DNA from: Candidatus Poribacteria bacterium
GTDB taxonomy: Bacteria > Poribacteria > WGA-4E > PCPOR2b
Assembly: GCA_965208325.1 (NCBI GenBank)
Contig: OZ242326.1
Span: 224,001-288,000, forward strand
DNA length: 64,000 nucleotides
Reading direction: 5' to 3'
The notes under the pieces are model-generated. The model was not told where the DNA came from and made no database searches. It saw nothing but the letters and a program-made list of their open reading frames with translations. The translations under genes were made by a program, and so were the position numbers. Shown here one piece after another: positions 48,387-56,956 of the stretch (positions are counted from its first letter, which is position 1; the number at the start of each line of letters is the position of its first letter).

Positions 48387-49020
48387 ACAGATTTCCCGCC
48401 AGGGCTTACTCATCGTTATATCGGGACCTTCTGGATCCGGCAAAACTAGTGTTGTCAAAGCGCTCTGTCAAGCCGATCCGGCGTTGACGCACTCTACCTC
48501 CGCAACAACCCGCCCGCCTCGACCCGACGAAGTTAATGGGGTCAACTATCATTTTTTGTCCTCCTCCGAATTTGATGAGTTAGTCAAGCAGGATGGCTTT
48601 CTTGAATCGGCAAAATATGGCAACCATTACTACGGCACCTTAAGATCGGAAGTTGAGCCCAAGTTAAGGGAAGGCAAAAATGTTGTCGTAGAAATTGATG
48701 TTCATGGAGGCATGCAGGTCAAGGAACTTCCTTTAAAACACGTGTGCATCTTTATATTGCCGCCAACATTTACTGTGTTGGAAAAACGGCTTCGCGGTCG
48801 AAAAACCGAGTCCGATCCGGAACTACAGCAACGCTTGCAGAGAGCGCAATCAGAGATTGTGTACATGAAAAACTACGATTTTTACGTCGTCAACTTGGAA
48901 AACAGCATAGACCAAGCTGTCAAAAACATCCGTGCCATCATCACCGCCGAGCACAGCCGAATTGACGATCAGCTTTTCAATGCAATTTCTCAAGAGTTTT
49001 CCCCATCTCGTGCTTCGTAG
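48376..49020 (+). CDS. gmk: Guanylate kinase
   Basis: ISGPSGSGKT, SATTRPPRPDEVNGVNYHF, YYGT, FILPP. Confidence 0.97.
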   Translation: MWSEQISRQGLLIVISGPSGSGKTSVVKALCQADPALTHSTSATTRPPRPDEVNGVNYHFLSSSEFDELVKQDGFLESAKYGNHYYGTLRSEVEPKLREGKNVVVEIDVHGGMQVKELPLKHVCIFILPPTFTVLEKRLRGRKTESDPELQQRLQRAQSEIVYMKNYDFYVVNLENSIDQAVKNIRAIITAEHSRIDDQLFNAISQEFSPSRAS

Positions 49021-49083
49021 TCAATTTTTGAAATTCAACGGGATATCGCGCATCAAGAGGAATTCCATTCACAAAGAAATCAG

Positions 49084-49890
49084 ATGAACACTTCACCGAA
49101 GCCAAATTCCCGCTCCGGCGATCCTGAATCTCAACAGTCGGCGCATCGGACTGGAAAACAGCGTGCGCAGTCGCAGACGGAGGAAGAACTACATCATAGC
49201 CGCCTCGCCGAGAATCGGGACATTGGGAGAAAGCGTACGATAAAACGTGTAACAGCTTGGGTTGGCTTGATTCTCGGGCTAATTTTTTTGGTATTCGGCC
49301 TGATTTTCGTCACAGACAACCCCGAACTGGAAACATCGCCGGAAGGACTTCATGTAGTGCCGGCCTCCGAATGGGTCCTAGGCAATCTCGACGCCGCGGT
49401 CACTTTAGTAAAATATAGCGATTATCAGTGCGATCGGTGCGCATACTATCACTTGATTGTGACGAAGCTCGTGGAGGAGTTGGACGGACAGTTTCGGTTC
49501 AATTTTCGCCACTTTCCGCTGCGTAACCATGCAAATGCCAAAGCGGCAGCGACAGCGGCGGAAGCCGCAGGCCGCCAAGGGAAGTTCTGGGAAATGCATG
49601 ATTTGCTGTTTTCCCAACAGGAGCATTGGGGGTGGAAAGCGCAGTCCGAAGCGTACGAGATTTTTTTGCAATTTGCGGTCTCGCTCAATTTAGATATAAA
49701 CCAATTTCAAGAAGATTTTATATCGACGGAGATTTCGGACAAGATCGCCAATGACTATTTGGATGGCCGCCGCGCAGGTGTGCGGTCAACACCAACCTTT
49801 TTCTTGAATGGCGAGAAAATCATGAATAAACCGCCGACATATGAGGGATTTAAAGCGCTTATTCTCGAATCAAAATCTGAACTCGATTGA
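49084..49890 (+). CDS. Membrane-anchored DsbA-family thioredoxin
   Basis: YSDYQCDRC, FRHFPL, QGKFWEMHD, GVRSTPTFFLNG. Confidence 0.92.
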   Translation: MNTSPKPNSRSGDPESQQSAHRTGKQRAQSQTEEELHHSRLAENRDIGRKRTIKRVTAWVGLILGLIFLVFGLIFVTDNPELETSPEGLHVVPASEWVLGNLDAAVTLVKYSDYQCDRCAYYHLIVTKLVEELDGQFRFNFRHFPLRNHANAKAAATAAEAAGRQGKFWEMHDLLFSQQEHWGWKAQSEAYEIFLQFAVSLNLDINQFQEDFISTEISDKIANDYLDGRRAGVRSTPTFFLNGEKIMNKPPTYEGFKALILESKSELD

Positions 49891-50317
49891 ATGGATAACG
49901 GTGGGCTGGTTGACCGTTGGTCTGATTGGCTTTGTAGACGCCACATATCTCACCATTCAACATTATCGCGGCGCGTCACTGGACTGCTACCTTCTGAGAG
50001 GATGCGAGGAGGTTACCACTAGCCGATATGCTACAATTGGCTCTATTTCGATTGCCTTACTGGGTGCACTATACTACTTGTCAGTCATTTTGTTATCCGC
50101 GGCGTATCTAGATACCAAACGCAACTGGTTGTTAACAATCATCTCCTCCTTAACAACTGTGGGCTTTTTGGTGTCGATTTTCCTAGTTTACCTGCAAATC
50201 TTTGTCATCCGCGCCCTCTGCTCGCATTGCCTACTCTCGGCGTTTGTAGCCGCTGCACTTTTTGTATTGGCTGTGATTCTCGCAAGAATCTCTGGAAAAC
50301 CGACAGTTAGTTCGTAG
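49841..50317 (+). CDS. Vitamin K epoxide reductase (VKOR) family protein
   Basis: C.....GCEEVTTSRY loop, LCSHC redox motif, four TM; overlaps dsbA end; start uncertain. Confidence 0.9.
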   Translation: MRDLKRLFSNQNLNSIEWITVGWLTVGLIGFVDATYLTIQHYRGASLDCYLLRGCEEVTTSRYATIGSISIALLGALYYLSVILLSAAYLDTKRNWLLTIISSLTTVGFLVSIFLVYLQIFVIRALCSHCLLSAFVAAALFVLAVILARISGKPTVSS

Positions 50318-50372
50318 TTGTTTTGCGTCAAATGAAAAAGGAAAAGATGTCAATCACATCAATTAAAAACCG

Positions 50373-50876
50373 ATGCGCAAGGCAAATCCCTTTGGAGTAA
50401 TTGACGTGTTAGAGCTGCACCGTGAAACACTAAATCAAATCCACGACCACGCCAAAAGGGAATTCCCCTACGAATGCTGCGGTATTATCTTGAGCGGCGG
50501 AAATCAGGAGTTTGTGAGAGTGTGCAGGAATATTCAAAACCAGCGCCATGCCGAAGATCCGGAAACATATACACGCGATGCGCGTACAGCATATCTGATG
50601 GATCCAAACGATCAGATGAGTGTCTATAAAGAGTCTGAAACCGAAAACCGGCCCATCAAGGCATTCTATCACTCTCACCCCGACCACGATGCGTACTTTT
50701 CTGATAAAGATAAAGAAGACGCGACAGCGTGGGGCGAACCGACATATCCCAATGCGGCTTACATCGTAATATCCGTCTACAATCGGGTGATTAAGGCCAC
50801 GCGAGCTTACGCTTGGTGTGTAGCAGAGACGGATTTCGTCGAGGCGCCGATAATCGTGAAGCATCGGTTGGAATAG
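50373..50876 (+). CDS. JAB/Mov34 (M67) metallopeptidase, Mec/CysO-cysteine-peptidase-like
   Basis: FPYECCG and JAMM motif YHSHPDHDAYFSDKD. Confidence 0.92.
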   Translation: MRKANPFGVIDVLELHRETLNQIHDHAKREFPYECCGIILSGGNQEFVRVCRNIQNQRHAEDPETYTRDARTAYLMDPNDQMSVYKESETENRPIKAFYHSHPDHDAYFSDKDKEDATAWGEPTYPNAAYIVISVYNRVIKATRAYAWCVAETDFVEAPIIVKHRLE

Positions 50877-50916
50877 CGGTGAATTTAACTCATCATTTTC
50901 GGCAGGGACTGTACAT

Positions 50917-51156
50917 ATGGCAAATTTAAGAGTGCGCTTGACTTTTCCGCCGGAGCGCGTCACCGAGCCTGTAGTCTACAACATCGGGCATCAATACAAT
51001 GTTGTCACCAACATCCGGCGTGCTAACGTCACGGCTGACGAAGGGTGGATTATTTTGGAATTGATCGGCGACACGGACGAACTTGAACGGGTGGTCGATC
51101 ATCTCAGATACATTAGAGTACAAGTCGAGCCGGTCGAAGGTGACGTAGTCTTGTAA
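50917..51156 (+). CDS. NIL domain protein
   Basis: RLTFP....EPVVY......VVTNIRRANV....GWIILEL.G; VEPVEGDVV end. Confidence 0.85.
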   Translation: MANLRVRLTFPPERVTEPVVYNIGHQYNVVTNIRRANVTADEGWIILELIGDTDELERVVDHLRYIRVQVEPVEGDVVL

Positions 51157-51197
51157 CTGTTTTGTTAAAGGCGCGCCGCCCCGGTCGTGGCGTCTTG

Positions 51198-53093
51198 CTA
51201 CAGCTTCTTCAACGTTACCTCTAGCACAAAGTCGGGAACGAGGTCGAAAAATAGCACCAAGTGGAACTCGCTGTCCGTGTTCTTTGCAATGATGAACTCT
51301 TTGGCGTTGGTTTCGACCCTGAATAGATCAGGGTTACTTGCAAATTCGTCCGGCAACTCCCAAAACGCAATCGCATAATCTGGAAATTCCGCTTCGGTGA
51401 GCATTCTCAACTCTATCCGAAACCCCTCCTCGACCGGCATCCATTTCGGTTTTGACCGAAGCGTGGGAATTCTTGCCGGATCGACGCCCGAATAGACGGG
51501 CCAGGTCCGGTTTGACTGGAAGAAACCCACATCAGGCGTCTCCACGTGTGAAATCGAACTCCCTTCAGGTCCAATCATTGCTTCCTGGTTCGTGTAGTCG
51601 AACCACCAGATGGGGTTGAGACATTCCCGCTCGAACCGGATGGAACGGCGCTGGTCCTCGACGACGATGTACTCGTAAGACCACGGGTCTTTGCCGCCGT
51701 AGCGCGTATTTTTCCTCAAATCCATGATGGGTGGGATGCGCGTATTCCAAGGGAGCCGCTCGCGTGTCAACAATATATGCGCGCCAGCCCACCCGTTAAT
51801 CCAGTTCATGTCGTAGAAGATGTGATCAGTCTTGCTGACGAATACAGTGCGCGGGGTAACTTTATAGTGGCGGCGATAGTAGTCGGCGACATCAAGCGAT
51901 CGCGCGTAGACTAGCTTGAAGGCTTTGGGTATTTCGAAAGCCATGTAACGCTGGAATCGTTCTACAAACTGAAACACCGGGTACAAATTGTGCTCAACTC
52001 CCCAATCGCTGTCATCTAACGGGCAACGGAGTGCGCTGTCGCGAAGCTGGCAAGTAAAGGCAGCGTCATAGAGCGGGAACAAAAACGCCGGGTGCTCGCT
52101 CATCTCCGCAAGATTCTTTGCCTCATTCACACCCTGGCGAAAACACGTCTCAGCCTCGTCCCAATGGTTTTCTGACGTGTCAAACTGGTTGTGCCAAGTC
52201 ACAGGTCCCAAGAAATGCCAGCCGGTACAGAAATCCCATTGATTCGCCACGACCGAACCGCCTTCAGCCTGATTGGTCTTGCGGAAATCCAACGGCGAAG
52301 CGAAGTAGGGAAATTCCGGCATTCCGAGCCAGGATCCCCCGTTTGCCATCTGTAGTCCGAAGTGGCTGTTGATACCGAGGTTCATGAACGTTGCCGCATA
52401 ACCGGGGTCGTTTGAATGCCACATTTCAACCCGTCCCGCACGGGTGTCGTTTGTATCGGGTAGAAGCTGCTTGACTCGGTCCAGCGCTTCACCGTACACT
52501 CTCACGCGCTCTTCTTGACTGAGCCTCGGCGTGTCCGGATATTGCGGAACGACTGCATCGCCGTAATATCGGTGGAACTCCAGAAATTTTTGGCACAGCG
52601 GATCGCCCGGATCGTAACTCACGGTATAGTCGATTTTCGCAATTTTCTCGTAATATCTCTCTACCGGGAGAGGATAGTCAATTGGAATGCCGGTGGCGTG
52701 CAAAGTCGGTCGCTGCAAGGCGGGGTAACCGCTGAAGCGTATTACAATCCAATCATCTTCGATCGCCGCGAAATAACGGTAGAACACCTCGTCGCCAGCA
52801 CACCACCGCGCGATGTAGTTGCCGGGAGCCGGTGGCTGATAGCTGAAAAACGCACGCCCATTGTCGAATCTCAATTCAAACCGTTTTGACTCGAGTGTGT
52901 CCAACCATCCCAAATCTCCGCCCGCAGTAAAGGCATCCCCCGGTTCCGCGAGTTCGAGATATCGCGGGAATATGGTTAGCGGCTCGGCTTCGATTCCATC
53001 CGGGAGGTAAAAGGTGAATTCTACGCTTTCCCCCATCTGCAAAAGCCTGGCGCCCGTAATCCATTGCGGTTTTTTCAAAAGATTCTCATTCAT
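51198..53093 (-). CDS. Hypothetical 631-aa protein
   Basis: Long ORF rich in aromatic residues; no family recognised. Confidence 0.7.
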   Translation of the reverse strand: MNENLLKKPQWITGARLLQMGESVEFTFYLPDGIEAEPLTIFPRYLELAEPGDAFTAGGDLGWLDTLESKRFELRFDNGRAFFSYQPPAPGNYIARWCAGDEVFYRYFAAIEDDWIVIRFSGYPALQRPTLHATGIPIDYPLPVERYYEKIAKIDYTVSYDPGDPLCQKFLEFHRYYGDAVVPQYPDTPRLSQEERVRVYGEALDRVKQLLPDTNDTRAGRVEMWHSNDPGYAATFMNLGINSHFGLQMANGGSWLGMPEFPYFASPLDFRKTNQAEGGSVVANQWDFCTGWHFLGPVTWHNQFDTSENHWDEAETCFRQGVNEAKNLAEMSEHPAFLFPLYDAAFTCQLRDSALRCPLDDSDWGVEHNLYPVFQFVERFQRYMAFEIPKAFKLVYARSLDVADYYRRHYKVTPRTVFVSKTDHIFYDMNWINGWAGAHILLTRERLPWNTRIPPIMDLRKNTRYGGKDPWSYEYIVVEDQRRSIRFERECLNPIWWFDYTNQEAMIGPEGSSISHVETPDVGFFQSNRTWPVYSGVDPARIPTLRSKPKWMPVEEGFRIELRMLTEAEFPDYAIAFWELPDEFASNPDLFRVETNAKEFIIAKNTDSEFHLVLFFDLVPDFVLEVTLKKL

Positions 53094-53140
53094 CTGATAT
53101 CGCTCTGGCTGCAGGTAGCCTTCCAGTTGCTTTGACGCAA

Positions 53141-53773
53141 TTAAATCGCTAGACGAATCAAGGGTTTGACAGTCGGACGTGAATAGGTGCGCTTTGAGAC
53201 AGTGTCAGCAAAGAACGGCGCAAAAAAGGCATCGTGACAGGTCAGAAATTCATTTAAGTTAATTCCCATATACATGGTTGGGTTGCCAAGGTTCGTCCGC
53301 ACGCGGCGGACCTTATCGCGTCCGGCTGTTGAAAGGCTTCGCAACGGTCGGAGTTGACGCGAATGGAATTTGATTAGCGAAGCTGAAATTTGAATCAACC
53401 CCTGCAAAAACAGCCGGTATTCATCTTCAGCTATCTGCCACAGTCCCTCCCACGCCTCGTGCGCTTCCCACCAAAAAGCAAAGTTGTAGAGGTCTACGCC
53501 GTAGAGGTAATCCTCATTCTCGCGCCACGCCTCCGCCGGCGGGATATGCTCGTGGGCTTCTTCGTTCAATCCGTAACTATGACCATGAACGTCGTTGATT
53601 GGGTGAGGCGTGGTGCCCGGCACATGGCGATACGATGGAAAGGGTCGTTGCGGACAGTAACGTATCCAGTCAGGATCAAACGGCACAGGTTGCGGGATAC
53701 GCGAATCTCTTTCCTCGGTGCGTCGAACAACGCGCTTTCGGCGCCTGAGAAATCCTAGTCCCGTGATTTTCAT
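53141..53773 (-). CDS. DUF309 domain protein
   Basis: GVDLYNFAFWWEAHEAWEGLW...FLQGLIQ. Confidence 0.88.
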   Translation of the reverse strand: MKITGLGFLRRRKRVVRRTEERDSRIPQPVPFDPDWIRYCPQRPFPSYRHVPGTTPHPINDVHGHSYGLNEEAHEHIPPAEAWRENEDYLYGVDLYNFAFWWEAHEAWEGLWQIAEDEYRLFLQGLIQISASLIKFHSRQLRPLRSLSTAGRDKVRRVRTNLGNPTMYMGINLNEFLTCHDAFFAPFFADTVSKRTYSRPTVKPLIRLAI

Positions 53774-53832
53774 GAAGCTAACCACCTCAAGATTGAATCG
53801 GGGAGTGCTGGCGGGATTGGTGCGGGAAGTTC

Positions 53833-54099
53833 CTATGCAGTATCATCGCGTTTTTTATCTAGATCAAAGCCGTCCTTTATCCAATACACAAACTTGCATA
53901 TACCTTTTGGTAAGAAGTACAATGTGGCGCCGCCAGTTAAGGTGAAAAACAAGCAAATTGATGCGTCACTACGACTGTGATGCATAAGACTGTAGACTAA
54001 GCATAAACACCCGAAAGCCGCCCATAAACCACTTAATCCAACCGAACACGCGGCAACAATTCTTCTAACGCCCTCGGATCGAGGTTGCTTGCTCTTCAA
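53833..54099 (-). CDS. Small two-TM hypothetical protein
   Basis: Two hydrophobic segments, ends WIKDGF; GGAGG upstream of TTG. Confidence 0.55.
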   Translation of the reverse strand: MKSKQPRSEGVRRIVAACSVGLSGLWAAFGCLCLVYSLMHHSRSDASICLFFTLTGGATLYFLPKGICKFVYWIKDGFDLDKKRDDTA

Positions 54100-54115
54100 T
54101 CTAGGCCTCCGGTTG

Positions 54116-54502
54116 TCACCATTCTCGATCGACCCCGTAAGCGTTATATCCCGTGTCTACGCTAATTATTGGAAATCCTTCAACCAGTCCTTGAGCGATT
54201 ATCATGCGGTCAAATGGATCTCGGTGATGATATGGTAAATTGGTTAGCTTGATGAGGCTATCAACCGTAATATCCAATATCTCAATTTGATTCAGATGTA
54301 GTTCATCTGGAAACATCTGGTCAAACGGTCTGTCTAACTCAAGTTTCCCTAAACCCGTTTTAACTGCAATCTCCCATAGACTCGCAACACTGAATACACT
54401 TTCGTGGCTGGAATTCTCGATTAACTGTCGTGCTCTGCGGCTCAGTTTTTTGTCGTCAGCAAGAAACCAAAGCAGCGTATGTGTATCAAGCAGATACTTC
54501 AT
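54116..54502 (-). CDS. vapC: PIN-domain VapC toxin
   Basis: YLLDTHTLLWF, SLWEIAVK, HHRDPFDRMIIAQ, ISVD; acidic tetrad intact. Confidence 0.95.
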   Translation of the reverse strand: MKYLLDTHTLLWFLADDKKLSRRARQLIENSSHESVFSVASLWEIAVKTGLGKLELDRPFDQMFPDELHLNQIEILDITVDSLIKLTNLPYHHRDPFDRMIIAQGLVEGFPIISVDTGYNAYGVDREW

Positions 54503-55317
54503 TCCATATACTCTTTGAAATCCGGGAGTTCATCGTCAAAATCTTCGCGAATGTGAATAAGTCCTTTTGCGCTGCCAGCTACAGCCTTTAACCACGGTTC
54601 CAGAAAGACGGTCTTCCACTTAAATTGGTAGGTTGGCATCGTCGTGTTTATTGACTCAGCATAAAACAGGAAGTGATACTTTACATAAGTCTGGTCCAGC
54701 AATTTCATGCAATCATCCAGTTCCCCAAATGTCGGAACATCTTCCGAATCGTCCATGTCCCAATGTGCAATACGTTTATCAGCGATCGCTTCATGAATTT
54801 CTACGGCGGATTTGAGCCGTTTCAAATCGGCTTCTACCATCGTGGGGCACACATGCTTTCCGCTGGCATCTGTGTATCGCGCAAAGTCATTCATCTTAAT
54901 CAAATCTTTCGGTTTGGAGGTACCGGTAATCCCGACTTCTTCAAATTCGTTCCTTCCCTCTGTTTCTATTTGACTGATGTCAGGTCCATAAGGATAAGCA
55001 CAGAGGGAACGAAAGTAGTCGCGGGATAACTCTTCAGGGTTTTTCAAAATATCACCAAGCAATCCCACAAAGGATATACTGTCCTTTTGAGGTTTAATTT
55101 GTCGGAGCAGCCCAGCTAGTGCATGAGAAAGATAAGTCCGCCCAAGATAGCGGTAGAAGGCACTCGGTTTTTGGATACGCGGATTCGCGCGGATAATGTC
55201 TTGAACTTCCCAGAAAATATTCGCATCCACAACAAGACCCTGAATTTCGTCGCGAATCGCCTGCATCCATGTAAGCCACTTCTTGAGTTTCGGACTCGCC
55301 TTAAATTTCTGATTCAT
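54499..55317 (-). CDS. AbiU2/HEPN-like helical protein fused to a VapB/DUF2281-type antitoxin tail
   Basis: DSISF..LL and ADKRIAHWD HEPN-like motifs; tail GSAKGLIHIREDFDDELPDFKEYME; ATGA overlap with vapC. Confidence 0.7.
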   Translation of the reverse strand: MNQKFKASPKLKKWLTWMQAIRDEIQGLVVDANIFWEVQDIIRANPRIQKPSAFYRYLGRTYLSHALAGLLRQIKPQKDSISFVGLLGDILKNPEELSRDYFRSLCAYPYGPDISQIETEGRNEFEEVGITGTSKPKDLIKMNDFARYTDASGKHVCPTMVEADLKRLKSAVEIHEAIADKRIAHWDMDDSEDVPTFGELDDCMKLLDQTYVKYHFLFYAESINTTMPTYQFKWKTVFLEPWLKAVAGSAKGLIHIREDFDDELPDFKEYME

Positions 55318-55421
55318 GGTATAAGCCTTTCTCAAACGGAAAAGTTCAGTTTTTCGATTATATGATGAGTGTCGCGCCGTTGAAGGTTACAGTTTTCCTC
55401 TGTCGGCGCAACGTATTGAGA

Positions 55422-55682
55422 TTATGAGGGCTGCAACGGCTTGTCAGACTGAAATGCACTGTACGCATACACGGGTGTCTCGATGACGCGAACAGGGCGG
55501 TGCTGTCCCCATGCAGCTTGCTGTAAAAGTTCGACGGTTTCTGGGGAGAAGTATCTTTCTCCTGTTTCGGCATTTACTCGGGCGGGCACATCTTCAACAA
55601 TAACGAACCGCCCATTGACTTCAACACTATACGTTACCCTTTTCTCAACTAAAGTCTCATTCCACACATTATCGTCGACCAT
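55422..55682 (-). CDS. YgiT-type (MqsA-like) antitoxin-family protein lacking zinc cysteines
   Basis: VIVEDVPARVNAETGERYFSPETVE...IETPVY. Confidence 0.8.
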   Translation of the reverse strand: MVDDNVWNETLVEKRVTYSVEVNGRFVIVEDVPARVNAETGERYFSPETVELLQQAAWGQHRPVRVIETPVYAYSAFQSDKPLQPS

Positions 55683-55738
55683 GCTGCCTCTTCTCCGTCT
55701 TGAATTCAATCCATCGTATTATTCGGATTGATTGGATT

Positions 55739-55859
55739 TCAAAGTTGATTGAGCAATCCATCATATTCGGCGTGAGAGCCTATCCAAAACCGATAAATCC
55801 TATCATCTTCCCGCAAGCCCAAAGCACGCAAGAAAATCCTCTGCCAGATATGAGTTCAC
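55739..55859 (-). pseudogene. RelE/ParE-like toxin remnant with internal deletion
   Basis: GTGA overlap with antitoxin stop; MNSYLAEDFLACF joined out of frame to RALGLREDDRIYRFWIGSHAEYDGLLNQL*. Confidence 0.8.
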
Positions 55860-56074
55860 AACTCATCAATTCCCATCTTTTTGATGCGGCCTGCCTTAAT
55901 GTCAGTTCGGACTTTGAGGGCGAGTTTGGCAAGTTTATCATGTGATTCGGAAAAAGCCGCATCCCATCGTCCTTCATCGTCGAGTTCTTCAAGGATCAAC
56001 GCCGCAATGGTGTCCTGTTTTTCAGGTGGAAGTTTATAAACCTCAATGAGTGCTTTTTCAAGAAGTTGTGTCAT
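55856..56074 (-). CDS. Small antitoxin-like protein
   Basis: MTQLLEKAL..V.KLP..KQD.IAALILEELDDE.RWD..F..S..KL; strong RBS; coupled to the toxin remnant. Confidence 0.8.
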   Translation of the reverse strand: MTQLLEKALIEVYKLPPEKQDTIAALILEELDDEGRWDAAFSESHDKLAKLALKVRTDIKAGRIKKMGIDEL

Positions 56075-56119
56075 AATTGCTGTTCCTTCCTCTACTGGAT
56101 GTAGCGCGTTTAGCATTCG

Positions 56120-56384
56120 TTACGGGAAGTATCAAAATATGTCCCGGCGCGTTTGGCACCGTACAAACATTGTGCTGTCTTGGTTTAACGGTAGACCAAG
56201 CCATTATTCGCCAATCCAAAATCGATAGCAACTTCCACTGCCGCTGAGTTTTCGGACATTACTCACTTTTTTGAGGTCGTCTACTTCTTCAATTCGTTGT
56301 ATCGCTGGCCTGACAAAGAATTTCCCGGAATGCCCTGCTGCGTCTCATGACCCGGGTGAAGCTGTTTCAAAACTCAACTTTCAC
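56120..56384 (-). pseudogene. RelE-family toxin pseudogene
   Basis: MKVEF*NSFTR...(frameshift)...VRKLSGSGSCYRFWIGE*WLGL...FVRCQTRRDIF*YFP*; GTGA overlap with the upstream gene. Confidence 0.85.
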
Positions 56385-56590
56385 GATTCGGTTTCTAAAA
56401 TTTTGAAGACCTGTTTTCTAGGGACAATCCCGGTCTCTTCCCCGTCTTTGATTGCATTAGCTAGAGCCACATCTTCAAGAACTTCAATGAATACATCATA
56501 CAATAAATCTCTCCGTTCCTGTAACAGTTCGGCGGTCGCTTGTTTGAACACTTCCTTCAGTTGATTCTTATCATCAATTATCTGTTGCAT
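56381..56590 (-). CDS. Small RelB-like antitoxin
   Basis: Acidic 69 aa; EVLEDVALANAIKDGE...VPRKQVF; coupled to the relE pseudogene. Confidence 0.75.
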   Translation of the reverse strand: MQQIIDDKNQLKEVFKQATAELLQERRDLLYDVFIEVLEDVALANAIKDGEETGIVPRKQVFKILETES

Positions 56591-56623
56591 ATCAGGCTCT
56601 TAAATTACTTAATCTCAAGCGGT

Positions 56624-56848
56624 TTAAACATTGCCAAGCGAAAGTATCTTTGCTTGTACAGATTCCAAAATTGAATCTCGAATGAACGCACTAGCATTTA
56701 AAATTTCGATACCGATTAGTTCTCCGGCGTCATTTAATTCTACCGTAATATTGGGATTCAGTTCAATACTTCCCCTTTCGGGTTCATCAGAAATCTCCAA
56801 ATGCAATACGTCTTCTTGCTCAAAATATGCCATCTTTGTATTATTCAA
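56624..56848 (-). CDS. DUF2283 domain protein (antitoxin-like)
   Basis: YFEQEDVLHL.IS...SIEL.PNITVELN..GELIGIEILNAS; start at TTG 56848 or ATG 56833. Confidence 0.85.
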   Translation of the reverse strand: MNNTKMAYFEQEDVLHLEISDEPERGSIELNPNITVELNDAGELIGIEILNASAFIRDSILESVQAKILSLGNV

Positions 56849-56956
56849 GCGTATACCTCTGAATTGCAGCGATATAAGAATTCCAAAATTTCTGAGATTT
56901 TCTTCGAATCGTGATGATTTCAAGAGTTACCGGCAGAATAAACCATCTCCCGTGGG

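Noticed and set aside
56364..56372. In-frame TGA as selenocysteine or recoding in relE
   Set aside because: It is accompanied by a TAA, another TGA and a frameshift, which fits pseudogene decay; other genes here use TGA as a stop.
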